A stretch of DNA of 57,193 nt from Clostridia bacterium (GTDB lineage Bacteria > Bacillota > Clostridia > Christensenellales > UBA1242): NCBI GenBank assembly GCA_017467895.1, contig JAFUKB010000010.1, positions 1 through 57,193 on the forward strand. Reading direction: 5' to 3'. This document shows positions 37,397-49,600 of the stretch, in pieces (positions within the stretch are counted from its first letter, which is position 1; each line of letters opens with the position of its first letter). The notes under the pieces were generated by a model. It made no database searches and had not been told where the DNA came from. It worked only from the letters and a program-made list of their open reading frames with translations. The position numbers and the translations under genes are program-made.

Positions 37397-37509
37397 ATAA
37401 ATATATTGTGCAATATTCAAAAAACAATACGACAAAATAATGTATAAAATTTCAAAAGCACCTAAAATATTAATAATAATTTTTGATAAACTTGTCGTGG
37501 AGTAAAATT

Positions 37510-38715
37510 ATGGAGATAGAAAATTCATATTATAAAAAAATAATATATAAGAAGAATGCCTTTGAAGATATAAAAACATATATAAAACTTAATTTTTCAG
37601 GAAAAAATATTTTGCTGGTTTCCAGCAAAAGTGTTCCCGCCGAAAATGTGACATGTTTGTTAAATAGTCTGTTTTGTGGGAGTGAGAATGTTAGCCATTT
37701 TGTTTCAAGGCAAAATTTTTCACAACTAGAATTGGATTTGCTGAAAGATAAAATATGTTCAGGTCAATATAATTTGCTGGTGTCATTTGGTGGTGGAAGA
37801 CTGTGTGATACTGTTAAATACTTTGCAAATGCTTTTGGAATTCCATATATTGTATGTCCAACAACAGCAACAAGTTTGGCTTATTTTTCTAATTATTGTA
37901 TTAATCCGTATGATTCAAGCAAGAGTTTTTATGCGCAAATGCCTAAAAAAATTTTTATTCAAGAACAAATTATTAAAAATTCTAATTGCTATTTTAATAT
38001 TGCGGGATTGTGCTTTTTGCATGCTTTAAGAGCGGTGTATGTTGAGGGGGTTATTAGCGACCATGAAAAAGAAAGATATGTTTTTATGGGGCTAGAAAAA
38101 ACATTTAACAAACTTGATAATGAACAAACAAATGTGCTCATTTGCGGTGAAGACTCAAATCTTGTTTTAATGGACTTGTTTATTGATTTTGGATTTTTTA
38201 TTGGGCTTTTAAATAAAGAAGATTACTATTTGTATAATATGTATTGCGTTTATGAAAGAATAAATCAAAATAATTTTACGAACCAACTATCTGGTAAAAA
38301 AATGTTGTTGTGTGCAAAAACATTGCTTTATGCTTGGAAAAAATTTATTGAAATAAATTCTGCAAAATCCTTGGAGAAAAACAACTATAAAAAAGTTGCT
38401 TTAATTTTAAAAAATTATAATATTTCTTATAAAAAATTAAAAAATAATGCATATTTTAATAATTTTTCCTTAAAAATAGCCACAAAGAGGAATTTTTTTG
38501 CTAATAAAGAAAATTATTATAAATTAATTAATTTACATTTATTAAAGATAAAAGAGTTTAGTCAAAAAGTCCGCTCGGTTTATAAAAAAGGCATAGAGAT
38601 TACTGATAGTGATACCAATATATTTTTTTCTTTGGCGGTTGCTCCGTATTTGTATGAAGGTAATGCAATGACTGACATGCTGGCAGGTTCGGGAATGTTG
38701 AATGCATTTTTGTGA
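37510..38715 (+). CDS. Glycerol/G1P-dehydrogenase-like (Fe-ADH/DHQS fold) protein, divergent
   Basis: SFGGGRLCDTVKY and PYIVCPTTATS NAD-binding motifs; C-terminal metal-binding His residues not evident. Confidence 0.6.
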   Translation: MEIENSYYKKIIYKKNAFEDIKTYIKLNFSGKNILLVSSKSVPAENVTCLLNSLFCGSENVSHFVSRQNFSQLELDLLKDKICSGQYNLLVSFGGGRLCDTVKYFANAFGIPYIVCPTTATSLAYFSNYCINPYDSSKSFYAQMPKKIFIQEQIIKNSNCYFNIAGLCFLHALRAVYVEGVISDHEKERYVFMGLEKTFNKLDNEQTNVLICGEDSNLVLMDLFIDFGFFIGLLNKEDYYLYNMYCVYERINQNNFTNQLSGKKMLLCAKTLLYAWKKFIEINSAKSLEKNNYKKVALILKNYNISYKKLKNNAYFNNFSLKIATKRNFFANKENYYKLINLHLLKIKEFSQKVRSVYKKGIEITDSDTNIFFSLAVAPYLYEGNAMTDMLAGSGMLNAFL

Positions 38716-38787
38716 TAATTGTTGGGCGCTAATTTTTATAACTTTAAATTTTTGTATATTAAGTAAAAAACTGGCAATAAACTTTTT

Positions 38788-39258
38788 ATGAAGAAATTGT
38801 TGGTTTTTTTATTTATTGTTTTATTATTGTGTGGAATGAACTTAAGCGCTGTGCAAAATCTTACAATTAATGAACTTTTTCCTAATGCAAGTGTTGAGGT
38901 TTTTATGGCTGAAAAAACAGACCTAAATTATCTAAACAAAATAGATAATGGGCTGGGGGAGATTATATTTTGTGATGTTAATGATTTAAACTACATATTA
39001 AAAAATTATAATAATGTTGCTGGTTTAACGCTTAAAATTAATAAAAATGTAATAAGCAAAACCGACCTTTTAGGCAAACTGTGTATTGAGCAAAAGAGTG
39101 AAGAAAATTTTGGAATTTATGGTTGGTCTAGGGTTGTTGCTTGTTTGAATGGCGGGCGCTTTTGCGTAAATTTGAGCAAAAATAAGTGTAATTTTCAGTT
39201 ATTTGAAGATAAAAACATATATTTTTTAGGTTTTCCTTTAATTTTGGGTAGTTATTAA
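38788..39258 (+). CDS. YwmB-like exported protein
   Basis: Signal peptide; IYGWS...CNFQL...LGFPLILGSY C-terminus; adjacent to the SpoIIQ-like gene. Confidence 0.55.
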   Translation: MKKLLVFLFIVLLLCGMNLSAVQNLTINELFPNASVEVFMAEKTDLNYLNKIDNGLGEIIFCDVNDLNYILKNYNNVAGLTLKINKNVISKTDLLGKLCIEQKSEENFGIYGWSRVVACLNGGRFCVNLSKNKCNFQLFEDKNIYFLGFPLILGSY

Positions 39259-39307
39259 TGTTTAAAATATCAACTTCTGTCAATAATCCTAGGCGGAGGT
39301 AAAAAAG

Positions 39308-39868
39308 ATGTTTAAAAAATTTATGAGGAAATATGGTTATTACATGGTTGCCATTGCACTTATTTTGGTGGTTGGGATTACGGCAGGACTTACAGGTAAT
39401 GACAATGAAACAAAGCCGGAAATTAGCACTCCAACTGGAAGTACTGCCATTGAAATGGTTTGCCCAATGAATTCTCCCGAGGTTTTAAAATGGTATAGTG
39501 ACACCGACTTGTTTTATAATTCAACATTAAAACAGTGGGAAAGCCATAAGGCAGTTGACCTTTCATCAAGTGTAAACGCTGATGTGTATGCGGTACTAGA
39601 TGGAACTGTTACCGATTGCTCGTATTCATATGAACATGGTTATTGTATAACAGTTTCGCACTCAGACGGTCTTGCAACAACATATTGTTCGCTGGCACAA
39701 GCGACCAACATTAAAGAAGGCGATGAGGTTAAAAAAGGGCAAAAGATTGGCGAAGCCTCAAACACTGCTTCGAATGAAAGCCTTGAAGGTAACCACTTGC
39801 ATTTTTCGGTAAGTTTAAATGGCAAAAGTGTAGACCCATCAAATTATATTACTTTTGAAAATAAATAA
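39308..39868 (+). CDS. M23 (LytM) peptidase, SpoIIQ-like
   Basis: N-terminal TM, HKAVD (HxxxD), TTYCSL, VKKGQKIG, HLHF and VDP. Confidence 0.85.
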   Translation: MFKKFMRKYGYYMVAIALILVVGITAGLTGNDNETKPEISTPTGSTAIEMVCPMNSPEVLKWYSDTDLFYNSTLKQWESHKAVDLSSSVNADVYAVLDGTVTDCSYSYEHGYCITVSHSDGLATTYCSLAQATNIKEGDEVKKGQKIGEASNTASNESLEGNHLHFSVSLNGKSVDPSNYITFENK

Positions 39869-39950
39869 TGTTGTTTTAAAATCAAATTTGCTTTACAAAT
39901 TGATAAAATCGTGATATCATATAATTCGTACCATGTATTGGAGGAAAGTT

Positions 39951-40181
39951 ATGACTATCGATAAAGTTAAAAAATTGATTTCAAATCAGTTGAATGTTGC
40001 TGAGGGCAAAATTACTGAATCGTCTCGTCTTGTGGAAGATTTGGGTGCAGACTCTCTTGACACCGTTGAACTTTTAATGGCTTTTGAAGAAGAATTTGGT
40101 ATTAGCATTCCAGATGAAGAAGCCATGAAAATGAAAACAATTAAAGATATTGTTGATTTAATTGACGCAAAAAATGCTTAG
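39951..40181 (+). CDS. acpP: Acyl carrier protein
   Basis: DLGADSLDTVEL...EEEFGISIPDE; ATG 39951 follows GGAGG. Confidence 0.96.
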   Translation: MTIDKVKKLISNQLNVAEGKITESSRLVEDLGADSLDTVELLMAFEEEFGISIPDEEAMKMKTIKDIVDLIDAKNA

Positions 40182-40259
40182 TTTTGTTTGCAAAATTATG
40201 TCATGGTGTGTTTGTATTAACAACGATTTTGTTTCAAGTTTTTAATTTCTTGAAATTTG

Positions 40260-40288
40260 AAAAACCACAATATGTTTGTGGTTTTTTT
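40260..40288 (+). terminator. Intrinsic terminator
   Basis: aaaaaccacaa/ttgtggttttttt. Confidence 0.7.
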
Positions 40289-40497
40289 AATTTATTTGTT
40301 TAAAATCAAAATAAAAAATATTTTAAATGTTTTTTAAAAAAAAGCAAAAAAAACAATTAAAAAACTAATTTTTTTATTAAAAACTTTATGTATTTTTGCT
40401 ATTTTAATAATTTTTTAACAAAATTGATTTGCTTAATCTGTCAAAGATTTGGCAATTTTTTTTGTTTGTTTACATTTTTTAAAAAAATAAAAAGATT

Positions 40498-40550
40498 TGT
40501 CGAAATTGGGCGGGAATATAATTGACTTTTTGAGTCGTGTAATATATTAT
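40498..40550 (+). promoter_or_regulatory. SigA promoter of the giant gene with upstream Spo0A-box
   Basis: TGTCGAA (40498-504); TTGACT (40522-27)-17-TATTAT (40545-50). Confidence 0.6.
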
Positions 40551-40626
40551 ATAAATATATTAAATTTATTAACTAAACGCGCAAATATTTAATTATTATT
40601 TGCTAAAAATACTTTAGGAGAAATTT

Positions 40627-43600
40627 ATGAAAAAGTTGTCTTATTTGGTTTTATCGCTAATCTTTGTGCTTTCGTGCGGGCTTTTTTCTGCATGTAATCC
40701 AAATGGCGATGGTGCAAGCATAACACTTAGCACTTCAAATGTTTCTATTTATTTAGGAGAAACCGAAAACAATTCTGTTGTTGTCAATGCATTGCCAAAC
40801 AATGTTGATGCACGAGTTCTTGATATTGTTTACGATACAACTTACATAAAAATCACTCAAAGTGAAAAGTTGTCCGATGGGTCGTTTAACCTTACAGTAA
40901 CAAGCAAGGTTGCCGATTTTGGAACAACAACTCCTATTGCTGTTGAAATTAAAGCCGGCACTGCTTCGGCGGTTTTTTATGTAGAATTGGTTTTGCCGGT
41001 TGAAGAAATTGTTGTTAATGGAACACCTCATGTGGCTTACACTGGCAATCAAACAACCTTTAATTTGTTAAATTGCATTTCGTTTGAGCCAGAAGGCACA
41101 AAACAAACAGGCGTTGAATTTATTCTAGATGATGAGGTTTCATACGCTCACATTGATGGCAATATTTTAACTATTGATTCAGGGGCAAGCCTCAATTTCT
41201 TAACAGGGCAAATACCATCGCTGAAAATTAAAGCAAACTCAACTGTTGAGGGCAAAAATTCTATTGGCGCAGAGTTTAATGTGCAAATAATTCCAAATAT
41301 TAAACTTTTGGCAGATGTTATTGATGTCACGGTTGATTATAACGGTGCTGAAAATGTTGCGCTAGAGAATTCAGACTATAATCTTTCAATTACAAAAAAT
41401 GTTATAACAGGCACATATCAAACCGACACATTTAATGTAAAAATTGCAATTCCTTCAAGTTTGGGCATTGAGGTTGATGTAGATTCTCAAACTGGTGGCG
41501 GTCTTGCTACAAATATTCTTAACTATTTAACTTATTCAAAATCAATTAGCGAAGACAGAACAAATCCTGCCAATGTGCTTGATGTTTATACTTTTGCATT
41601 TGAAGCAAGCAGTACATTGCAAGGCGAAGGATATTTGAGGTTTAAATACCAATATGAAAATTATTCTCAAGATTCAACTCTTTCAGCAAGTTTTGTTGGT
41701 GTGGCAAGTGATAATACTTTGCTTAGCCAAGTTAAAGTTAGTGTGTTAATGCCAATTACCTCAATCGAAGTTGTTACAGAATGCACATATGACGAAGCAA
41801 GCAGTCAATACATAGTTTATCAAAACTATCAAACAGGAACATATGGTGCAACACTCTCGTTTGTTGCTCAACCAGCAGGAACCTCGCAAACGGCATTGGT
41901 TCTTGTTAAGCCAGAGGGTAGCGGGCTTTTGATTTATAATCATAAGGGCGAATTGTTGGCTTTTGAGTATAATGAAGAAACTTTACGATATGAATGCCCA
42001 ATTACATCTAATGAACAACTTTATGTTAAAGGTGGCGCAAATGCAGTTGAAACCTTGCAATGCTTTAGCCTTGCGCATGGAAAGGAAGGCATTGTTAAAG
42101 AAGTAACATTTAAAGTGCTTGAAGGTGGCTCGGGGCTTGCATTTGTAGAATCCGTGGGTGATGTTAATGGCTTAGAAAGCAAAACAGTTTATATGCAACA
42201 AAGCTTAACAGGCGAGGCGATTGTGTACTCTCCTGGCGCTGTGCTTTCAGATTTCGTTTATGACACTGCCCATGTTATTGTTTCTAACACAGACACTTTG
42301 GGCTATTTTAAAATTACCTTTAAAGATTTAACTGTTGGCGAGCACATAATCAATATTTCAACAATAAATGGCTATTTGGTGCAGGCAATAGTTAATGTCA
42401 TTGAGCCAATCTCGCAAGTTAATGTGAATCTTGGCGATAATGCAAGCCATATTTCAGGCGTTGGCAATTTTGCAGTAATAGACAACGATGTTGTTAATGT
42501 TGCACTTGAAAATGGGTTCTCTGCACTTTTGAACTATGTAACTAACGAGGGTGCTAAAGTTCGCAGAGTTGAATATGGTTTTTATGAGCCAGTGCTTTAT
42601 GGTGGCATGTATGACCAAAAAATAAAATCATTAAAAAATGTTACATCTGAAACTTATTTAACCGACAACGGCATTGGCGACCATGATTTTGTTGAGGCGT
42701 CAAGCATTGTTTCAACTCAAAACTTAAACTTAACCAACCTTTTAACTGGTGTTTCAACAGGTGTAGTTGTTGTTAGAGCAACAATTTATGGTCAACATGT
42801 TGAAAATGGCAAAGTTAGCGATATCGTTGTTGCTACAAAATATATCTGTGTTGAAGTTTATAACGCTGTAAAACAAATTGAAGCAAGTGCTAAAAACATT
42901 TCGCTTCGTGCAGAAAATCAACTTGATGCAGAATATAAATATTTGGCAAGCACCACAATTAGTGTTGAAGCGCTTGCCAATGACGGTTTAATTGCAACAT
43001 ACGACAAAGTGTTTATTGACGCTGGTTTGTATACCGAAGTTCCTGCAACGGGAGAAGGCGATGACATTATAACAAGCAAGTTTACAAAAAAAGTTAGCGG
43101 AACATCAATCTTTGAAGCGGTTTATGACTACAATGCGAAAACATTAACAATAAAGGTTTTGTATGTAGATAAAGCAACTGCAGGTAGCGTTCATACAATT
43201 ACTCTTCTTGCTGGTGACTTTATTAATGTTGCTTCTGGAAAAACCGTGTTTGCTGACGACTTAAATGCTTATAATGTAAAATCATTTGTTATTAACTTAA
43301 CAATTATTGAAACAACGGTTGTTGATGATATTTCGGTTTCTAACTTAACTTTGGAAAGCGAAACCGAAACGACATACAACAGTGATGGTTCAATTAATGT
43401 TTTGGGTCAAAAAACTTATAGCACTGTTTATATTGACACTTCAAAAAGTTCATCTGTTGTTTATAAAATCTATACTCAAGTTGCACCTATTAATGCGTTT
43501 AACAAAAACCTTACATTCACATTTAATCCAAATTCGGGCTATAGCCAAGCAATGTTGGATATTTCCGCTGAAGGGACTGTAACTGTTCTTAGCAAGCAGG

Positions 43601-46600
43601 GTGGCACTGGTGTGATTATCATTGAACCAGCAGACTCTCATTCAAATGCAAAAATAGTTAGAATCCCTATTGTTGTTGCCGATGGCAATTCATGGGAAAC
43701 TGCTTATGAAATTTCAAGTTTGTCGGAAGTTATTGATGTTAACAAACATTATGTTTTAACTAATCCAACAACCTATCTTGCTCCAAACACACTATTGGAA
43801 GGAAAAACATTTAATGGTGGTTTGTATGGCAAAAGAGCAACCGAAACTTCTGACGCTTGTGCAACAATCAAACTTGATGGAAATCCTTTGTTTACATTGT
43901 TGGGCACATCAGCACAAATTAAACATTTGAATTTAATTGGCGATGTAAACTCAAAAGATATCACTATTCAAAGAACTAATGCTGGTGGTACAACTGAAAC
44001 AAAAACATTCAATAACGGGTTTGTTGCATATGAAAACATGGGCATAATTGCAAGTGTTAAAGTGACAACTTATGTAAATGCATATGGCGTTTATGTCCCA
44101 AGCACACTTTATGCAAAAACAGACATATCTTTTGTTGGTGGTTTGGTTGGCGAAAACTCAGGCATTATATCAAATTGCACTTTTGCTGGGTCAATTAACA
44201 TAACAAATGCTCCTGCCGATGTTAAAGCGAACGCAATTTCAGCAATCAATAATGGAACTATTGAATCTTGCAAAATAATTGTTGCAAAATTTGCTAGCGA
44301 TGTTGATGCTAATAGAATTGTAGTAGATTCCGAAAATACTACTGAAACTGTTTATGTAAACGGTGTTGTTGATTTGCGCGATGGAACGAGAAGAACAAAC
44401 TCAACCTTTGATGATTCGACCTTAAGTTACATTACAAAACAACGCTATGATGGCGACAAGTATGTTTTAGATAAAAATGTGTTTATTAGAGACAACGAAG
44501 GTCATTCTTATGGCGAAAAAGAAAATGCTTATGGAATATTGTTCTATTACAAAGCATTAAACGAAAATAAACAAAAAGCCATTGCCGAATTTAATACCAT
44601 TAAATTTGAAGACTTATTTGACTTTGCTAATTTGGCAGGCGATGAAGCCGCCAAAACAGAAGTTGCAAAACAATTAAAAATTACTGCACTAAACTCAGAT
44701 GGCACAGTTTGCAATTTTGTTTCGGTTGGTGCAAATGCTATTGAAATTAAAGGTGTTGGCGAATTTAAAATTAAAATTACTAGCGAGTTTGATTATACAA
44801 TCTTATTTGAACTTAATATTTTATCTGTTTATTACACCTCAGGATTCAGCATTAACTATAATGGCGCAGATTTATCTAGTGAAGACACATTGGCTATTGT
44901 CCATGGTCAAACACGAGAGGTTGTTTCATCTTTGAATAATAAAATCACACTTAATGGCGAGGTTATTGACCTTGTTGCCAATGACTTTATTATTGCATTT
45001 ACGCTTATTCATGGTGGCTCAACAGTTGATAATGCATCTGAATATATAACAAACAATAAACTTGGTACACACACTGTAAATATGTTGTGGACGTGGAATG
45101 AATCAACAAAAGTATATGCAAACATTGATAGCGGTTATGGATTGTCGTATAATTTGTTGTTAAATAAGATAATTGGCTTGTTAGACACAGAGGGCAACGC
45201 TAAGCAACTGTTTAGCATTCAGTTGAAAAACGGAACTACAAATATTTCAACAAATTTAACCGATGGTTCGATTGAGCCAAAAGATACCTTTGCGTTTGAA
45301 GCAACAATTACAACTGATGTTGATGATGACTATATTGCCGTTGTTGATAAAACAAGCGGGGCGCTTAAAGGCGTAATGGTGTTTAATCAAACAAATTATG
45401 ACTGTACAGAATATTTTGTAATTGAAGTTGCTCAAGTAAGTTCTTATACATATGAAGTAAAAGTCACCCTTGACTTAAACAAGTTCTATGGCGAAGGCAG
45501 TGCCAACATAATGGACTTTATTAATAAAAAGTACACTGTTGTTGTTTATGCCTTTAACAATGCTGGTGCGGATTCTACTCGTTATGAACCTTTTGCAAGC
45601 GTTAATTTTACTTTGCTTCCTCAAACCGTTTCAAATATTAATACAACATTATATAATGTAACTCAAACAACAGTTACTGGTGTAAGTGTAAGCGAAAGAG
45701 AAACTGCAACTTCGGTAATTATGCCTTCTGAATCGGGAATGTTTGTTATTGATATGTTCCCATCTTATGCAAGTTTTGATTATTTAGAGGTTGTTGCAAC
45801 TTCTAACACAATGTCAAAATTAAGTTACAGGCTTGAAGAATATGACCCAAGAATTGTAGAAGAATGCGAAGATGAAACATTGGGTTGGGTGTCAAATTAC
45901 CGTACAGTAACTTCAAACATTGATGGAACTGGCAAAAAATTATATGAAGCCATCTCGGATAAAAACGGAATTAGAATTTATAACAATAACTCATACAACT
46001 CTGATTTCTATAATGCTTATGCAGACAAGTTTAATGAACATATTAACAACATTAATAATGTTGGCAAATATTTTATCAAAATTTTTGCTGATAGTTCATT
46101 TGACGCTGACACAATCTTTACAATAACGGTTAATGCATACTTAAATGGAGAATGCTTAACTGCACAATCGGTTTTCACGCTTTATATGCGTATGCCAGAA
46201 GCACCTCAATTAACTATTGATGGGCAAACAAAAGTATATAAATTGGTGGGTGAAGAAATTATTGCCGATGTCTTGGTTTCTGATGATCAAATAAACTTTA
46301 CTCCATATATTGCTCGCAATAACGATGATAACAACTTAAGTGCTCTTGATGGCAAAAATGTTGAAAACAAAGTGTTTATTACTTGGTGGCAGGTTAGTGA
46401 AAATGTTGACATAGGCTATAAACGCTATAAAGTTTCTATCTATTTTGCTGAGTCATATGATTACAGCGTTGACTCAACACAACTTAAACTTGTGGTAGAA
46501 ACAACTAAGATTTTTAATGGTAAATCTATCTTGGTTTCATCAGATGTTTATATCTATATGGTAGATTTCTTGCCAGAGCAAAACGACATTAGTGTGTTTG

Positions 46601-49600
46601 ACGCCATTGATGGAGTATTTAATGTTACAAGTTTAAAAAAGAGCGAGTTGTCGCTTGCCGAGTTAATGTTGTCTAATGTTAACGCAACTGAAAACTTTAT
46701 TAACACATTTAATTCAAACTATTATTTCCCTGTTATAACTGAAGACAGTTCTAATAATTCAACTGGCTTTGTGTTTGGTAAAAATGAGTACACTGTAACA
46801 GTAGGCAAAGAAACATATATTTGCAAAAATAAAGCAGAAGTGCTGGCTTCATATTTGTCGTTTGTAAATGGCGATGAGAAAACTGCACTTGCTATATATC
46901 AATATAATGCTATTATTGGCGATTATGTTTTGGTGCTTAACCAAGACAACTTCAATCGCATTATATTTAGCATTGACCCTGCAACAGGAAAATTATATGT
47001 TCAAGGTGGCGATGTTACTGGTACTGTTGAAATGGCACTAGATATTCAATATAGAATGCCAGACAACACAATTTATACTTATGAGTATAGATTTAGCATA
47101 GTAAACAGCCTTTATACAACAGAAGATTTACCAGTTGAAATTGCAAATAATACCGATTTCTTAAATATTAACAATAACGATAAAGCATATGACTACATTT
47201 TAACTAAAGACCTTAACCTTTATGACTATACTGCTATTACTAGCACCGATAAGATTAAATCTTTAGATGGAAATAATCACACTATTAATATTTGGAATTA
47301 TGCAAAAGTAGAAAGCGGTTCGGCAGTCTTTGCATTGTTTAATCAAATTTCTGCTAATACTACAATAAAAAATTTAACAGTTAACCTATATTATTTAAGC
47401 GAGATTGAAGTAGGCGACGCAATAACCGAGGCACAAGTAGCAGGCTTTGCAATTACAAATAACGGTGCAATTTACAACTGTGAAGTTATTGCATATAAAT
47501 CAACAGTTAACACAACAGCCTCTAGTGTTTTAGGCTTAAAACTTAACAAAGATGTTGAAGCAACAGTTGCTGGTTTTGTTATAAATAATGTTGGCTCAAT
47601 TACCAACAGCCGTGTTGGAGCAGAGTCAAAACTTGTTACTCAAATTTCGTATATTGAAGATATCGAGGGAAAGGTAACCGACCACAAGGTTGAAGAAACT
47701 ACAATATTAGCAAAACCATTAACAATTCTTGCTAGCGGAACGGTTTCTGGCTTTGCTGTTAATAATACTGGTGTTATTGCAAGTTCGTTTGTTAAAAACT
47801 TAACAATTCAAAACACTTACTATAAACAAGAAACAAGAGTTACAACAGGTTTTGTTAATAGCAATAGTGGAACAATTTCTCTTTGTTACACAGAGGGAGG
47901 CTTTGCTAACGACAATGATATTCAAGCATCAATCTATGGGCTTGAAGGCTCTGGAATTATGTCAGGCTTCGTTTATTTAAACAGTGGCAAAATTAGCGAC
48001 TCTTACAGTAATTTAATGATTACTAACACTCGTGACCAAGTTGGCCGTTTGGGTGCAGGTTTTGTTTTTGAAAATGAAACAAGTGGTATTGTTGAACGCT
48101 GTTATTCAGCATCAAAAATTATTATAAACAATGTTACTCAAATGAATTTTGCCGGCATTAAAGATTTTGGTGGCTACAATAATTATGGAACGGTTAAAAA
48201 TAGTTATTATTACATAACAAACAGTGCCGACCAAGTTGCTATTGAAAGCATGATGAACACTGAAATAAATTCGGTTTCTGTTGCCGATGACGATAAAAAC
48301 TTTTATGGCTTTAGTTTTGCAACAACAAAAAATGCAGGCACATGGAAAATGACTAGTCATGGACCTAAACTTGTTAGCCCAGACGATATTGCACATTCGG
48401 TTAGAGCAAAGTACGAACGCCCAGAAAGTGTTCAAAGCGAACTTAATTATGTGTTTGTTTATTGTGAAGGATATGAACTTGGCACTGCAAACAACCCAAT
48501 AATTATCCGTAATGCCGAAGAATTTAATTCGGTTTTGGGTGGTTCAACCAGCACTGATATTAAGGCTAATTATGGAAATGGCAAAATATATGGTGCTTAT
48601 AGATTAGTTAATAATATTAACATGTTAGAACTTGTTCCAGAAGAAGAACAACAAACTGAATATAAGGTTAATTTGCTTTCAACAAAACTTATTTTAACAG
48701 GAGAATATTCAGAAAGCAGTAACCGTAATGGTTCTTTAAATGGCAATGGCTTAACAATAAGCAATTTGGCCATATCTAACTCAAGCACACAAAGTGACGG
48801 GTTTGGCTTGTTTAAGTCGGTTGAAAACGGCGCTAGCATTGCAAACTTAAACATAACACTTTCAAGCGGTGGTGTAACTGCCGACCATACTGTTTTTGTT
48901 GGTACTTTGGCTGGTTCATTGGTTGATTCGTTTGCATATAACATTAGCATTGCTTCGCAAGATAATAAACAAAGCGTGAGCGTAATTGGCGCAAATATTG
49001 TTGGCGGTGCTTTTGGTAGAGTTGTAGGCGCTTCATACTTGTCAAATATTTACACGGAAAACATATCAGTTACTGCAACTTATAACAGCATTACTCCAAA
49101 AACTACAGGCTATAACGACGCTTTAATTCTTCAAATAGAAAATATTTATGATAGGAAATCGCAAGGCTTTGCTGATGTATCTTTGGCTGGTGGCATTGCT
49201 GGCGTAGTAGATATATATACAAAAGAACAATATGAAGGCAATATAGTTTATGCTGAGCAGGTTCTAGACACTAATGTTCAAAGCATGCATGTTAAAGGTG
49301 GCTTAATTGTTGAAGGCATGAGCGCTGGCGGTGTGTTTGGTTATATTGGCGAATATGTTGTTGCTAAAGATATTGCACTTGAATTAACTAATGATGTTAT
49401 CGAGTCAAAAATAACCGCATATAACTGTTATGCGGGTGGTATTGCCGCATATTCTGAAGGTTATTTATATCAAATAAAATCAGAACATACTTCAACATGG
49501 CAAACTGCTATTGAAAGCAATTATCATAATTATTACACTGCAACCAACTATGAATCCATTGACAGAGGCAATGAAAAATTGTTCGTGTCTAGTGTTGGCT

